In this document: piece after piece, positions 49,901-63,200 of the stretch
Numbering within the stretch: position 1 is the first letter of the stretch
Layout of the letters: each line of letters starts with the position of its first letter
Assembly (NCBI GenBank): GCA_036172245.1
Contig: JAYWIR010000008.1
Location: 1,550,001 to 1,614,000 of the forward strand
DNA from: Raillietiella orientalis
Taxonomy: Eukaryota
Length of the DNA stretch: 64,000 nt
Direction of reading: 5' to 3'
Notes under the pieces: generated by a model
Told to the model about the DNA's origin: nothing
Databases searched by the model: none
The model's input: only the letters and a program-made list of their open reading frames with translations
Position numbers and translations under genes: made by a program

Positions 49901-52339
49901 AGCGGCCGATTCCGCTCTTCGGTGGATCGCGCTTCGAGAAGACGCACGCATAAGTGGAAACCATCTGTTGTTAGCTCGGAAAGATCGTCAACCGAGAAAC
50001 TCCCCAGATAGGGTAAAACGATCCTTACACATATTTTCCGAAATTGGTTTTTTGAAAATGACCAGTTTCGGGCCGTATAAATCAACAGCAGGAATGCTGA
50101 CGAGCCTGCGAGCTGCTCGTGGTGCGCCTTAATGCAAATCCTTAAGCTGGAGAGTTTTCCCTCAGCGGAATGGCTGTAAAACATCCGGCGCTGCAAACAG
50201 CCGTGATTACTCGAGAGCGGTCACGTCCAGCGACTTTCTAGTTCAGTGTTTACCCAGTCTCTCCTGTGTCCCACTAATCACCTCATTTCGCCAACAACCA
50301 GCTGGTTAATGATGATTTCCATATTTTTTTTTTTTTTTTTGAGGGGGGCGAAGGGAAGGGGGGGTCATATTGGGGGGGGAAAAAAAAAAAAAGCTTTCCT
50401 CCTGCGCCGACGAATGAATGAGAGTGTTCGCGAGAATCATTGGCATTCTTACATTCTTATATCCAAGTGCAGTCCCGTTGCTGTGGTTTCAAGCTCGCTT
50501 TTCGCAGACGCCGTCGTTGCCCGGCGAAACTTTCATTTTCAAAGGCGAACGACATTGTTGCGCGACGAGACCTTCGCTTCCTCCCATTGTCGAGGGAGAA
50601 AACTTTCGCTTTCGAAGACGGACTTCATTGTTGCGCTGAGGGACTTTCGATTTCGACGGCTTTCCCGCTTCCGGCACGATTTCTGCGTTTTCCATTCCTC
50701 GAGATGCGAGAGTGATTCAGAGCGCTCTGGTCAGAATTTTTTTCCCGCCTCAGGACACGCTCGCGATTGTTTTGCCTTCCTACGGGAAAGAATGATGTAT
50801 GGAGGACCACTGTAACGTCTATGCTGCCGACATGTGAGGCTGCAACGACCCTCATCTCCCAGGCAGATCTCTGTTCCCCATGAACGAATGGCCAGCATAA
50901 ATCAGTTTTTTTTTTTCTTCCGGAAGGAGAAGAAAAAAAGCTACGCAGCAATTGCATATAACAGTTTCTTCTTCCTCCTTCGTGCGTTCCTTCTTCCTTC
51001 TCAATAGCTAATTGGACTTCCCACATGAGCAGCCTCCGCACCCGTGATTTCAGAATCAGAAAGTAAAGAGAAAAATGAGGGGGGGGGGATGTACGCATGC
51101 GTTGCGAAAGATTTCAGAAAACTCGAGCGGGGCAGGCAGCAGGGCATCCGCCGCCCCACGCTCTCTGAGTCGCAGACGCCGATCGGTTTTCGAGCGCACG
51201 CGCGTGGGCCGTCGATCCCCATCCCTAGAACACCCTTCGTTCCTCCTCCGTCCTGGAGCTGCGGAACCTTTTGCTTTCTGCTCCGGAATTTGAACCTGCG
51301 CCGTTTTGGTGCGTATCCTGCCACCTTGGGACCAGGATGAGACCGCAAAAAACCCTTCTCTTGATTCCTTCCCCTTTCCGTTTCCTCCCTCCTTCAAAGG
51401 GAATGGAGAAGGCTGTCGCAGAACGCAGCGGCGACGGAGGGACATTTCCGAATAGGTCGAAGCTCTCTCAGCTTTCGAGAGCTTCGACCTATTCGATCAC
51501 CCACTCCGGCAAAAAAGGGACCTTTCCTCTCAGAGCTGTTCGGGAGGGCAGAAGCATCGATGATGGTGCACATCTCACGCGGGGTAATGAATACATAATC
51601 AGCCGCTCTGGACACTTACGATGAAGATGCGACCCATTCCGGTTCTATTCTCTTTGCCGATGTTAATTGTTTGTTTCTCGTAATTTATTTCGACGGGATC
51701 TTCTTCCAGAGAAAACAGCGGAGGGCGAAAACCAAAAAAAAAGAATGATGAGATGATGAATCACGGATCCTTTTTCCCGCGGGATGATTTCTGGCAAGTT
51801 CGGCAACATGCATTAATGAAGATGCCAGCTGTCACCACGGAGCTCTCTCTCTCTTCCTTTAGAGATCCTCGCGAGTGAAACGTTCTGGGAGACTTGGAAA
51901 GGAGGGAGGGAGGAGAGAAGAGGGGGGAGGGGAGAGAAAGCTATGGGGAGGGACCCTCGAGAGAAAGAAGTCCCGACGTCTCGCAGATGCCGAGTAGATT
52001 CGAGAGTAGCATCAAACACGACGCGCGCTTCGGAAGATAGATCACGCGAATGGGAAAGGGGGGAACAGCTGGCTGCGTTGCACCGGGTCGTGGTCAGGAT
52101 TGGCCCGTCCTCTGGCCAGGATTACCACCCCGAACGCGTCTCTAAACAGGCAAGAAAATGCGAAGGCGGCTATCTTCTTTTTCCTTTTTTCCGCCCCCCC
52201 CCCCCTTCCCTTCCCTCCCTCCCTCTCCAGATCGCTCCTTCCTTCACACTCTGTGCGTTGTCTCGAAAACTTCACGCCGCAAAGGAAGGCGGTAGGATCC
52301 ATTCGGAGGTGCAGATTGGGAGCCAAGCCATGGCGAAGG

Positions 52340-52570
52340 AGTCGGCCATCGAGACGACTGTCTTCGTCTTCGCCGCCATCACCATCATTGCCATGACTGT
52401 GATCATTACAGTCGCTGCTTATGGTGTTGTCATCATCATTGCTATTATCACTGCCCTGCTATTTCTGTTGCCATTACTGCTGTTGTTATTTATGCCGCTG
52501 TTGCTGCAAATGTCATTGTTATCGCCGCCATGAATTGTATTGTTGCGATCGCTGCCGTTGCTATGCTGCT
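52340..52570. repeat. Cryptic trinucleotide tract (ATC/ATT/GTT/GCT)
   Basis: Degenerate triplets such as gtcatcatcattgctattatc and ctgctgttgttatt. Confidence 0.7.
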
Positions 52571-53599
52571 GATTTCCTCCTTCGAGGGAGAAAATGGAGA
52601 AGAGGATGGAACGGATCCCCGCGATGATGATCAGCGAGTGCTCTCGCCTCCCCTGTAAGCGTTCCCGACCATCCCGAAACCCTTCCCTCTACCTCGAAGG
52701 GTAAGGGCGAAGCGCTCCCAGCGGGTCTTCCTCCGTCAGCGCCGTGAGCCCGAGGGCATAGACATGAGACGAGGAGGGACTTCCGCGGGAGCCAGCTTGG
52801 AGGGACGCGGAAGACCCGAGACCGGCAGCCTTCGATGCGGATGGGGAAGAGGGATGTGCGGAGCTCCTCTAGGGATCATTACGGGAACGTCACCGCCGAT
52901 CTCGAGTGTCGACCAGTCATAAAATTTAATTTATGGAAATCGATGTCTCCAGGCAACGGGCAGCCTCCGAAAGATGCTTCGAAGATTAAAGCCGAAGGCA
53001 ACGAAGGATCGGAATGGAATTTTGATGGAGGGTAGAAGACGCAAAAGACACGCTCGATCCACCACCACCCCCCTCCTCTATGATCTCTTCTGCCTCTGAA
53101 ATTTGTTTTTTTGTTTTGGCTGAGTGGGGGCTGAAGACAGCACTCACTATCCCTGAGGTTCCCGGGCCTTCTCTACCGAGGAAAATGCAGGGCACCATCC
53201 CACCACCATCGGCCTCTCCGTTGCCCTCTGCCGCCATCGAAGCCTCTCCCGCCGCTCCTGTGACCGGGAGAAGAGCGACGTCCCCTGAGGAAACGTTCGA
53301 CCTCGAGGAAATCCCTTTCGTTCGGGTCACCTGCACTGCCTCGAAGGAAACCGAGGACCTCCATTCCCACCCGGCCAGAGTCCGAACCCAAGCCGGCAGT
53401 TCCCAAGGGAAGAGTGCGACTGAAAGCGACGGTCTCTCTCGCCATGGAGGGAGGGAGGGGCCGCCGCCTTCTGCCGCTGCCCCTCGGACGGGAGTTTCCT
53501 TCCCCCACCCCATCCTCTCTGTTATTCGCCTTTGGCCTCTTCCGTTCCTCCCAGCTCCCGGAAGATCCGAGCGATCGCAAGCTGCCGAAAGGGACCCCG

Positions 53600-55000
53600 C
53601 CCAGGAACACGCGATCCATCAGCCAGGAGGGGATCCCACGAAACGGGACCGCGCTCGGTCATGTCCAGGACGTTCTGTTAGAGGGAGGAATCCTCTCCCT
53701 CCTGCAAGAAGGGGTACCACACATCTCTTGAGGTACATTCGGAAAAGGATGGCCCTCGCCCGAGTCCAGCTCGGATCTTCGCCCCTTTCCAGAGGGCTCA
53801 GGATCTCTCTGGGGGGAGCGTCGCTGTCTTTCCACCCACGACTTCTGCTCCCCAGGTGGCAAACCTTCCGTTTCCGACGACCTCAAGTCCCTGCATGGAA
53901 TGCTGGGGAGAGTGGGTCACCCCTACGCGGCGTGCCACCCCAGCGCCCGTCCTCCGGGAGGGCGTCCCGGTGCAGACAGCGTGCCCACGAAACTCACCTC
54001 TACCCCCCTGCCCCCTTCAGCGCTTCAGGTTTATGCCCTTCTCCTCCATGCGCCCAAGCAGACTGTAGCTTCGGTCGCTTCCCGGGAGGGAGGGAAGCGG
54101 AGGGGGGGAGGAGGGGGAACGTTCGATTCCTCCCGGCACCTCTCTCTTTCCCCTTGTCCCCCCCCCTCCACCCGGCCTACGCTGGAGTGCGTCACCCCGC
54201 CGATTAAATTGGCGCCCATGGAGCCACGGGACACGTCAGAAATCCTTTTCTTCCTCCCGCGCGCCTTCGTCGAGAGGAACGACCCTCCCGGCGAGGAGGA
54301 CCCTCTGCCCGGAAACTCCAAAGGGCTGCCAAAGAGAAGACTCCCTGGAGAACGCCGGGAGCCCGTGGATCAAGTGCACCGCCTCCTCCTTCCCGGAGGA
54401 GGCCGCAACCTGAAGCAGGATCCGTTCCCCCCTCCTTCTCCACCACCACCGAAGAAAGGGTTCTCCGAGAACGGCGTGCGAAGAGGACCAGCGTCTGAGA
54501 ACGTCGTACAGTTCCTTGGTACACGCTGATGCCGGACTGTGTGGCTCCAGAGCACACCAGCGGAGCCCCATCCTCGGGCGCACCGGCCCGGAAGAGCCAA
54601 GGAGGATGAACCATGGAAACGTTGCGCTCCGGCACCGCTGGGGCAGAGGCTGCAGCTCCCGAGGTCGTGGCAACTGTTGAGGGCCAACGAGAGGGACACT
54701 GCGGATCTCTCGCAGCGACTAGCAGCGGCTCCGAGACCCGTTTGCGCCTTCGCCGCGGCACCGTTCCTGTTCGTCCGGTCAGGGAGGACGAGTGGGGGCG
54801 CCTCCAGGAATTCCTCTGGGAGTGTGCACCGACGGGCTTCCTGGATCCGAGAGACCGAGAGCGAGCTGGTTTACCGTAGCTGGGGAAGAGCAGCATGCGA
54901 TCCGGGACGCAGGTGGCGGAGTGCTTCATCCGTGCCCTCGGGCGGTCCCCCGGCGGGGCAGACAGCGTGAGGGCGAATCTTTCCCGGACGTACCCACTCT
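53600..55000 (+). mobile_element. Possible DIRS-like RT/RNase H remnant
   Basis: ILSLLQEGV (~53690, cf. IxxLLxKGxI), FHPRLLLPRWQTFRF (~53830) and QEFLWECAPTG (~54805) in the expected order. Confidence 0.4.
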
Positions 55001-56369
55001 TCCTCCTTCCCCGCAGGCCGAACCCCACCCACGTCCGGAAACCCTGGAGAGGCGGAGGATGAAAGGGGTCTCTCCCTTTTCCCTCAGCAGTAGCAAGCGG
55101 CTGTGCCTCGACCCTCCTCCGCTCTCTCGGGAGGGCACCGGAGGGCACCCGCGGATCGTGAGCCCCGTGGGGGGGAGGAGGGCTCACTAGGGTGCTCTAC
55201 CGGAGAAGAGGGGGTTCTTGGGAGGTCTTCGAGCCGGGAGGGGAGATCCGCCGCCCGCCCCTTTCCCTTCTCCCGTTCACCCTGCGGCCCTCTGCTTCCC
55301 CAGCAGCGGGCGCGCGGCGACGAAAGCCCACCGCTACCGTTCCGCGGCGGGGCGGCCTCCACGGAGTCCTTCCGTCCCCCAGAAGGAGGCGCCCCTGGGA
55401 GCCTCAATTAGGGTCTCTTCCTCCTCCTCCTCCTCCTCCTACGAGTTGGTCGCCCGAGCTCTTTTGTTCTTCATCGAGACCCTCTTGCCGTCGCAGCCTC
55501 TGGGCGGAATTTCGGTGTCGAGACAGCCCTTCGGGACAAAACGTAGAAGGGGAAGCGGAGGAGGGGGAGGGGAAGGGGATTTCGTCATCCCGCGGCTTCC
55601 AGCGTTGCAACGAGAAAACGAGGCAAAAAAAAAAAAAAAACTGTCGACCAAGAGACGCAGTGGAACCACCGGTTGTACGCCGGCGGTGGCGCCACTTCCC
55701 CTCCCCCCTCCCCCATCCCCCTTTTTTTGCTCCTCCGCCTCAGGTTGCGGCACAGTGGCAGAGCGCCGACGTCGTCAAGAGTCGTGGCTCGTGCGGGGGT
55801 CCTCCACCACCGCCGAAGTGCACGCGAAAAAGGTTCCACGGACCATCTCGGGCAGGACGGACGCGCAACGTAATGCTGAGTTGTAAGTCCGCCACGAGAG
55901 GTGGCAGCAGCGGCGGCGGCGCACGCGCTGGACGTTCGCGAAGCTCCCGCCCCTGCCACCAAGACGGTGAGAGCGAACGCGCGCGCGCGCGCGATAGAGA
56001 GAGAGGGGGGGGAAGGAGGGAGATCGAGGAGTCCTCGGAGACGAGCGGCCGCGCGGTGGCGCCTCCGGAAAGCGTCCCCCGCAGCTCGGGACGATCCGCC
56101 GCCCGCCACGGGAGGCACCATCGCCCGCGCGATCGAAAAACCACCGGGCTGGAGACGGACGCAGGCGCGGTGGGACGACCCGGAGCCTCCTCCTAGCTGC
56201 AGAGGGAGACAACCAGATCCCCCCTCCCCCTTCCTCGGTCCAATGTCTGCTCCCATCTGCTCCATCGCTCGGGTGGGAGCGATGGGTTCGACCGACGGCA
56301 CCGAGTGCGAGGCGCCGGCAGTTCCCTCGTGGGCGGACGGACAGATGTGGAAGATGACCTTCCTCACAC

Positions 56370-57480
56370 GCGCGTATGCACTTGAGACTTGCGTAGATAC
56401 GTACAGCAAGATGGATGCAGATGTATACGCTTGTGCGCATACATGTGCATACATATGTTTGCAAATATATACATTCATATGCCTACAAGCTTTATAAACG
56501 CAGATAAAGGTGTACAGATGTAGACATATATGTGTGTGTGTATGCATATGAGTGCATACACATATGTATACGCATGCATACGTGTGTGAATGCACATGTA
56601 CATATGCATATGCATGTATAAGTATAAGTGTATGGATATCTATGGATATACAGAGATAGATGATACATATAGATGTAGATAGTTATCAATTGATACAGAT
56701 ACAGATATAGATAGAATTAGAAATGGACAGACACAGATATAGATAGGCACAGATATTGATATAAGTATGTGGCTGTGGATACACATAGATGGATTTGGAT
56801 ATAGATATACTATATAAATATAGATAGGTATATAGATATAGACATGTGGATGTAGATATGGATATAGGTGTAGATATAGATGTGGATGTAGATGTAGATA
56901 GAGATAGAGATAAAGGTTGTAGATATACATATGCGTAAATTCATATGTATACTCGGATTTACACATATGTATTTGTATACATATGTGGATAGAGATAGAG
57001 GTATGAGAAGATAACATATATAGATATACATGTGTATGTATACATGTGCGTGAGCTGATATATATATATATATACGATATATATCTACATATATATGCGC
57101 ATCTATGCGCACATAGATGTCTATGTAGATTCACACGTCTATGTGCACATTTTTACGTGTGTGCTTATGAGTCTCTCTCTATATGATACAACGATATCTT
57201 TATAATGCGTAGATAGATAAGATATAGGCACATATAGGTATACACACAAATATATATATATATATATATGCATTTATTTATATATATACATGTATTTATA
57301 TACATATGTATATGTATATGGGTATCATGCATATGTATGTGTAGATATGTTGTTCGTACCTGCGTGCTAAACAAGCGTGTATAAATGCATGTGTGGATGC
57401 ATGCACTCATGTGCAACTGTGTACACGTACGCACATGTGTGCACGCATGAGTGGAGGATACGCGGATGTGCGGTTCGTGG
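56370..57480. repeat. ~1.1-kb AT-rich low-complexity tract (TA/TG/ATAG/ATGT), largely alternating purine-pyrimidine
   Basis: Directly visible (TA)n runs and degenerate ATAGAT/ATGTAT units. Confidence 0.95.
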
Positions 57481-58099
57481 ACGTGCGCAGGCGCGGGTGC
57501 AACGGCGCCGCGGAGCACGGGGCACCTTCCTGCGGTGGCGGCTTCTGTGCAGCTGTGCACACGGCGTGCCTGCCCGTCACGCAGAACCTCCGAACCCTGC
57601 CGCCGCTGCATCCGCCGCTCGGGGGGATCCGTCGGACTCCTCCCCGCTCCGCGTACACCGTAACTAGCGGATCCTGCGGGCGCCCTTCGAGGTCGGCTCG
57701 GGAAGGACGCCGCACCGCCTCCATGACGACTCCACAGCGGGCCGCCTCCTGCGTTCAGGAGCGCCGTGGAAGGGCAGGAGTGGACGCCAGGGTGGACGAA
57801 CGGAGTCTCTTGGAGTCACCTGAAGGGCTTCGGAGGTCAACAGGGGTGTCTTCCCCTTCCTCCCCTCCCTCCCCTGGATCTCCAGCCCCTCCTCTGGTTT
57901 CTTTGAAAAGGAGAGCCGAGCGGGCACTGCTGGGAAGACAGCCCTCACCCACTCCGCACAAAATCCCTCGTCACTAGGGTCATCCACCACCCCTCTCCTT
58001 TTCCCTCCCTCGTGGTTGTCTCCGGGGTCTTCTTGCACTTTCGCCCTCCATCGGGACTCGCAAGGCACTCCCGGGCTGCCCCGGCTAGGAGGAGAGGGA

Positions 58100-58500
58100 C
58101 CACGTGGTATGAGCTCTTCCCGGGCACCACCCGGATTACCGGGCGCTCCTCGGACCGCTCCCGGAGTGCCCCGCTGCTGCGGGTCTCTGCAAGACGTCTC
58201 TGTTTCCAGGGAAACCAGGAAACGAAGACGCTCCTGGTTCTGGAACCGCTCCCCGGTGACCCCATCCGCAGGGACGGGTGACCGCCTGCAAGGAAGCGCC
58301 ACGTCCCAGAGGTGAAAAGGAGGCCGCCTCCCTGACTCCGGAGCGGTCACGGCACCGGATCGGACGCGTGAGAATTCTCCAGCAGGCACCTCTCCCAGAG
58401 GCGGAAGAGGGATGCGGAGGTCACCGGGAGGAGGGACTCCACTTGCTCCGTTTCCTTCGCCTCTCTCGCCAGCCCCAATTCTCTTGCACTCCACCTTCCG
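58100..58500 (-). mobile_element. Possible DIRS-like RT fragment
   Basis: GEFSRVRSGAVTAPESGRRPPFHLWDV (cf. GFxSRxFxVPKxSGxxRPIxDL), followed by QERLRFL. Confidence 0.4.
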
Positions 58501-60899
58501 CCGAAGACGGTGGGGGCACGGACTGATGAGGTGGACACAGGCCCTCAAGGGGAGGACACGAGCTCCTCGAGGGATGGAGGGACCGTTCCCTGGTCGCATG
58601 ACCTCGCGAGTCAGTCCCCGTTTTGACCCGTGGCGGCTGACCCCTGAGGGACGACGGCAGCAGCTCTCAGAAGGCGCTTCGGGACACCCTGGCTCCATCG
58701 CTAGGGAGCCCGGGAGGCGAGTGCCTCCCCACGCGTCCCTGAGAGGGTTCCACCCGCAACCCTGCCCACCCCTGGGTGCCCACTGATCTCCCCGGCGGTC
58801 TCTTCTCCCGGGAGACGGAGGACCGCCTCCCGCCTTCACCCCTTTCTCCTGAAATGTCCTGGGACGCCTCGCGAGCGAGCACTCCCTTCCTTCCCTTTCC
58901 TTAAACTTCCATTCTCCCTCCGCACCTCCGCAGAACGACTTTGACGAGCTCCGTTTCCGTGGCACCAATTTCTCAGCCTCTCCGCTTCGCTCCGGACACC
59001 ACCACGCAGGGGCCACCTTCCCCCAGCTCGAGGACTTTCAGGACATCTCTGAAAGTCGGTGGCGGAGGGGCGTAGGACTCCGGAGAGGAGATGCACCTTG
59101 CCCGGCTGGCAGAGACGGCGGTGCCTTGCAACCACAGGACGAGGATCCTCCCATGCGGGAGCTTCGTGAGAGATCCGAGAGGAAAGGGGGTGCAGTGGGA
59201 AAACGGCGCCTCTTTCCTCCCTCTGCCAACTCCCCACGCCAGGGGCCCATCTTCAGAAAATCCCCCATATGCGCGTGCGATCTGAACTCTCCCCCTTCCC
59301 CCCCTTCTTTCCCTTTCACGCGTCCTCCTCTGTCGCTCCGCTCCCCCCTCACGAAACGAGGAAGAAAAAATCCCCTGGGAACTCCCCTTCGACCTGTCTC
59401 GCAGCTCGAAGAGGCGTCCTCTAGAGAGACGCCTTCTCCTTTCGTGCAACTCCCTCCCGTGCCGCTAGGTGCGCGCGGGAGCGGACCTACCCAATAATCA
59501 CCATCTGGAGGGGGGAGGGGAAAGAAACGGTTCTTCCGTTCTTCGGGCTTCTACTTCCTTTTCCCGAACGGACAGAGACGGGCAGAAGGGCCGAGCCTGG
59601 TCGCAACGTCCGTCACGAAGGAGGAAGCGGTCATGAAGTCACGGGCTACGACGACGGGCGGGTGCGATCGCAAGGCTCGGCACGCTTCCGCGAGTGGCAC
59701 GCAACCGACGCGGACACGAAGCCGCGAACCCCATCAATCACCCACAGACAAATGGGGGGAGCGCGATCGCAAATGGAGTGGATGGTGGTGCATTCGGCGT
59801 CGACGGCCGCAGGGGAGTCGGGCGATTCAACGACCTACGCGGCATCAGTGAAAGCGGCACAAGGAAGGACACGCTAGCACGACGCTTCCGGAGACCATGG
59901 CGCTGCCGAGGCGCAAGGTGATGCCTCCAGTCCCCACGGATTATCTCCAGAGACGAACATTTGCTGGGAATGCCAGAGCGCGCTCCAGGAGCTCCAGTAG
60001 GCAGTCAGACCCATGCCGAGGGAGCCGCTTTTCCGACACAGAAGTTCGCGAGAACGACTGACCAGCGTTAGTGTAAGATGACCTGACATAAAGCTCCAGT
60101 CAGGACGCGGGCGTCTTCTGGCTGTCGTCAACAAGAAGAGCGCGCGTGGGACGAGTGGGGCGGTGCCTTCGGCAACCTGCTGCGGCAAGTGCTCAAGAAA
60201 TGAGTCAGCAAGGCAAGTGGGGGGCAGCGGACGAAGCAAACGGAAGGGAAAGTTACAGGGAGGCGGGCGTCATAGGAAACATCCATCATCGCAGTGGGGA
60301 TGGCACGCTGCGTAGGGAGCAGCCGCGCGCCTCCCGAGCCAAATCAAAGGAAGCGCGGAGGGAGCGTTGGTAGGACGGGAACTCGTGGATGCTGCGCGGG
60401 GAGGAAGGGACTGAAGAGATCGGTAAACTTGAAAAAACTCCGTGCTGGTGCGAAGACCGAGGGACTCCTGCAGCCCGGTCCAGGATGCCATAACGCGGCG
60501 GAGTGCTCCAGGAAACCGACGCCTCGTGGGGCGGGGGAGGTGTTTCTGCGAGGACGACCGAGAGAGTGGCCGCCACCGCTCCGCCTGCGATCTCTTACAG
60601 AAGAGGAGAAGGGAGAGCGCTCCTCCGGGAGCCGACGCAGGGCTCGGAAGAGTCCCTTTGCGTGCACTTCCGGCTTCTCCCGGGCAGAGCACAGGAAACA
60701 GGAGAAACCACGAGCCTCGCAAGTAGAGCTGCATTCCTCGCGGGCGACGCAGGGCGCTCAGTCGCCACGCGTGCGTGCTGCGTCTCCCCCGGGAAGAACC
60801 GCACGGACCTTCCTCCCTTCTGGCTGCTATCGAATTCCCTCATAAAAGTGGGTCCGTCAAGGGAGCGCCGGTTCCCGTCTGCGCGTCTCTTCGCACCAG

Positions 60900-63200
60900 C
60901 CGCGAGCTCAGAAGCACGTCCAGCTCTGCCGAGCCCAGAAGCGGGGATCTCTGACTCCCGACATCGCAGAACGAGCGTCTCTCTCTTCGTGGAAACGCTC
61001 GCAGGACTGGTCAGCCGACCTATTCCACGGTTTGACGCTTCTGCCTTCTTCCCCAAGCCAAAGGGAACTGTCCGGCTTCCACCCCTTCCTTGGCTTGCTC
61101 TCTCGCCGCCTCTGGCGTGCCGGAAACGGTTCCGGACTGGGGAGACGAGTGACCTGCCGCCGTGATGCTTAAAGGCATAACCGCCAGTGTGATCCATCTG
61201 CTTGCTAGTGGGGGCACTGGCGGCTGGAGCCATCTGGCGAGCTCGACTCTGCGAGGTGGTTGGCCTTGGGACGGCCGGCGTGCCGGTGGCGCGGGAAGAA
61301 CTGCCCATGCGCTTCCGAAGGTGCACCGGCCGAACTCCAAACAGCGCCCGAGTTCCTCCTCCCCATTTTTCCTGGAGCTCTGCGTGCACAAAAGCCTCTG
61401 CCCCTCCTTAAACGCCCCTCCTTCTCGCGCTGGCGACCGGTAGTCGTCAGGGAGGTGGCAGCTGCTGAAAACTCTCCGTCTTCGCCTCAGCAGCGCAGGG
61501 CAAAAAGAGAACGTCTCTCATCATGGGAAGGCAGGCGACGGCAAAGGGTATCGTCGAGAGACCTGGCGGGAAGGAAAATTGCCCCGCGGGAAGTGCGGGC
61601 GCCTTCCGGCGGAAATGTGCCGGCATTTGGCGCGATCTGCCAAGAACCGAACCACGCGAACGGCAAGGAGTGCCACCGCCGTGTTCCTCCACCGGCGGAA
61701 GTCCTGCTGACCAGAACAGCGTGAGCTCCTCCTGAGCGTTCTTTCTGGTAAAATGCTTGCGCTAGCCAGTCTCGAGGGAGGAGGGGGGGGGGTCACGAGA
61801 AATGGGGGATCCGGAAAGCGGACGTTCCATTCGGTGGAGGTCGGTGCCCCCAAGACTTCCCTGTCCTTCCAGGAGTGTCTCAGCGTGACCCCGACTTCCC
61901 ACCCGCTGACGGCTGCTTTCGGATCGCTTGGAATTCCGATGGGCTCGTCGGGGGAGAAAGGGAAGGGGGGGGAGGGAGAGGGGGGGGCTGGATGAATGAA
62001 AGACACCGCGACAGGAGCTGCCTTAACGAGGTGTTGCTCACCAATTCGATCAGACGCGGTCGCGCTTTCTCGCTCGACCCGACGACAAGCCCAAGAGCAG
62101 TCAGACGTGGAGAGGGGCCGCTCCCTGGAAGCGGGCATGAGACAGTCGCCGAGGCCGGATTCACATTTACTGGACCATGAAATGGAGGCAGCAGAGATAG
62201 CGATTCTCACTGATGCGTGCGTTCCTTCTTGCGATGATGGCCCCTGGGTTCGGATCGGGACCGTTACGTGAGCGCGAGACCGTCTGTGGCGAACGTCCTT
62301 CCTTGCGGACTCCGAGGCACGCAGAGCGTTCCTGCTGAAGTCCGGGAAAAGATCTGGGGCACGGACAGCCAGCCAGAACGGAGGACCGGTGCGGCCGCTC
62401 GTGATGGCCTCGGGCGAATCTCCAGCGACCGGTCCACTGATCTGTAAGGCAGCTGAATCCGCCGCGGCTCCTTGCCGGAGTTGGCGCCCCGGGAGTCGCA
62501 CATGACTGCTTCTACGTGCCCTCCCTTCCCTCATCCCTTCCCCTCCCTCTGCGAGCCGTCTGAAAGCACTCGCTCGCCTTGCGTCGGCGAGATGAGCGGC
62601 CGCCTGACTTTCTGCTGGCGCTGGAGTGGTGCTGCTGCTGCCGCCTGTGGCTCGCCCGAGTCGAGGCTGGCGCCGAAGACGACGGAGCCACGACTTCCGG
62701 TGCCACCAGCGCCTTTCCTGAAGACGAAAAGGAGGGAAAAAGGAGAAGGAGTGCGCCGCTGCAGCATCAGGTGGTGCTGCTGACGCGCCAGCTGGAGGTC
62801 AGAGCGGGCGTGACCGCCCCGACGGCGTGCGAGGAGGCCGCCGGGCAGTACCGTCGGGAGGAGCGCGACTTTGCTGGGCTCGAGAGCTCCATCCGGGATC
62901 TCACGAGCGGGAGAAATCATCAGCAGCTGCTGGACCGCGACCTCCTCACCTTTTGACGTTCGCAGAGCATAGAAATCCTCTCTCAGCGGCACAGAGACCA
63001 CGGAAGCCTCTTCTCCCGATGAGCATGGATCGCGCTCCGGGAAGCGGTCCAGGGAAATCAGAGGAGTGCTGAGGACCGTAGACCCTTCCGGAATGCTCAG
63101 ACGAAGGGACCTAAGGATGCTTTGCTCGCCTGATCGCACTCGTTCCAGCAGCAGGAGTGGGAAAGGGAGGTCACCCCTGCAGGCTATCACCCCGGACGAC
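60900..63200 (-). mobile_element. Degenerate DIRS1-like retrotransposon (RT start, RNase H, MT-like)
   Basis: In order on the minus strand: EEVAVQQLL..SKVALLPTVLPGG (~62947), SDPKAAVSGW..HSWKDRE (~61928), CRHISAG (~61627), QEKWGGGTRALFG (~61374, cf. WGxPxxDLFA) and GYAF (~61181). Confidence 0.6.

Noticed and set aside
51943..52533. ORF with a transmembrane-like C-terminus
   Set aside because: The hydrophobic stretch comes from a cryptic triplet repeat.
56492..57667. Y/I/H/C-rich ORFs
   Set aside because: They are translations of the low-complexity tract.
57664..59016. Longest ORF (450 aa) and other long ORFs (7593-8777, 10710-11834, 30456-31490, 43090-44079, 53080-54207)
   Set aside because: They are R/G/P/S-rich, overlap in several frames and contain no intact recognisable domain. 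This is expected by chance in GC-rich DNA, and any motifs present are TE remnants.
59940..60150. CWEC..PDIKL as another RLE remnant
   Set aside because: The motif spacing is short and I found no supporting RT motifs nearby.
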